Assembly (NCBI GenBank): GCA_028287115.1
Contig: JAQBQF010000343.1
Span: 1,733 to 65,732 of the forward strand
Origin: Myxococcales bacterium
Lineage (GTDB): Bacteria; Myxococcota_A; Polyangia; Haliangiales; Haliangiaceae
Direction: 5' to 3'
DNA length: 64,000 bases
The position numbers and the translations under genes are program-made. Below are positions 63,137-64,000 of the stretch, piece by piece. Numbering within the stretch: the stretch's first letter is position 1; every line of letters begins with the position of its first letter. The notes under the pieces were generated by a model. That model did no database searches and had not been told where the DNA came from. It saw nothing but the letters and a program-made list of their open reading frames with translations.

Positions 63137-64000
63137 ACAATGTCATCAACGTGGTTGTGCTTGGGCGCCTTGCGCCGCAACAAGCTGTACATCACAGGCA
63201 CGAAGAATAGCGTGGTCAGGGTCGCGAGACCCAAGCCGCCGATCACAGCGCGGCCAAGCGGCGCGTTTTGCTCGCCACCTTCGCCGAGCCCGATCGCCAT
63301 CGGCATCATGCCGAGGATCATCGCGAGCGCAGTCATCATCACGGGACGCAGGCGCGTCATGCCGGCGGCCAGCGCAGCTGCCCTCGCATCGGGCTGGTGC
63401 GCGCGCTGCTCGTTTGCAAACGACACCACGAGGATGCTGTTCGCGGTCGCGACACCGACGCACATGATCGAACCGATCAGCGCGGGCACCGACAACGTCG
63501 TGCTCGAGAGGTAGAGGATCCAGACGATGCCCGCGAGCGCGCCCGGCAGCGCCATCAGAATGATGAACGGATCGAGCCATGACTGGAAGTTCACGACCAT
63601 CAGCAGGTAGACGAGCAAGATCGCGTAGACGAGGCCCGACCGCAGGCCGCCGAACGAGCTGTCCATGCTCTCCGCCTGACCTTTGACGATGATCCGTGTG
63701 CCCGGCGGTGCGGTCTTGCGCATCGCCGTGACGATCACGTCGATGTCGTCCGTGACCGAGCCGAGGTCCACGCCGTCGACGTTTGCCTGCACGTCGAACG
63801 TCCTCGCGACGTCGTAGTGCGTGACATTCGCGAGACCGAACGATCGTTTGACGACAGCCAGGTTGCCAAGCGTCTGCGGCTTCCCCGTCGTCGTCGAGAT
63901 CGGCGTACTCTTCAACGCGTCGATCGTGTTGACCGCGTACTGGGGCGTCTGCACCGACACGAGATACTGCACGCCACGCTTGTCGATCCAGTAGGTCGGC
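63133..64000 (-). CDS. RND efflux permease (AcrB/HAE1-like), C-terminal part; 5' end beyond the window
   Basis: TM10-12-like sequence (LPGALAGIVWILY, MTALAMILGMMPMAIGLGEGGEQNAPLGRAVIGGL, FFVPVMYSLL). The stop overlaps the adaptor ATG (ATGA). Confidence 0.9.
   Translation of the reverse strand, partial: PTYWIDKRGVQYLVSVQTPQYAVNTIDALKSTPISTTTGKPQTLGNLAVVKRSFGLANVTHYDVARTFDVQANVDGVDLGSVTDDIDVIVTAMRKTAPPGTRIIVKGQAESMDSSFGGLRSGLVYAILLVYLLMVVNFQSWLDPFIILMALPGALAGIVWILYLSSTTLSVPALIGSIMCVGVATANSILVVSFANEQRAHQPDARAAALAAGMTRLRPVMMTALAMILGMMPMAIGLGEGGEQNAPLGRAVIGGLGLATLTTLFFVPVMYSLLRRKAPKHNHVDDIV

Noticed and set aside
1-64000. CRISPR arrays, tRNA/rRNA genes, IS elements, integrases and prophage genes.
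   Set aside because: Reading the intergenic regions showed no regularly spaced repeats beyond the two short tandem repeats reported, no tRNA-like T-loop/acceptor patterns and no transposase or integrase motifs. A covariance-model scan would be needed to be certain.

Overview
High-GC (about two-thirds G+C by eye, not computed) chromosomal segment with about 63 protein-coding genes on both strands. I saw no rRNA, tRNA, CRISPR array, transposase, integrase or phage genes. Several signatures point to Myxococcota: an Oar-like CarboxypepD_reg/TonB-dependent outer-membrane protein, a C-terminal 'Myxococcus cysteine-rich repeat', a DUF1588/DUF1552-type pair, at least 13 lipobox lipoproteins, and FHA, TPR and thrombospondin-type-3 proteins. 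Recognisable content includes a NitT/TauT-type ABC importer, six base-excision/damage-repair genes (AlkA-like, XthA, AlkB, family-5 UDG, Mug, a kinase-phosphatase fusion), a LuxR-RR/hybrid-HK/sensorless-HK cluster, OsmC, DctA, Qor, an SDR, M14 and M28 peptidases, and the 3' part of an RND efflux operon. Two genes (1..625 and 56186..58101) are readable only across a 1-nt frame break. This looks like an ordinary chromosomal region, not an island, and I found no complete known defence or secretion system. The least explained items are: (i) a translationally coupled enzyme-like protein plus lipoprotein pair at 11645..13449; (ii) an extracytoplasmic S1 protease-TM-FHA protein; (iii) a 932-aa signal-less protein with about 620 aa of unknown sequence fused to an M28 peptidase, flanked by an AAA+ ATPase and a GNAT; (iv) an aldo/keto reductase-P-loop kinase-HAD fusion with a tandem-repeat linker; (v) several degenerate or orphan domains (NeuB-like pseudoenzyme, NrdJ-tail-like zinc ribbon, ParB-HTH-only protein, HPF-CSD fusion). 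Family calls come from motif recognition by eye and memory, not from database searches.
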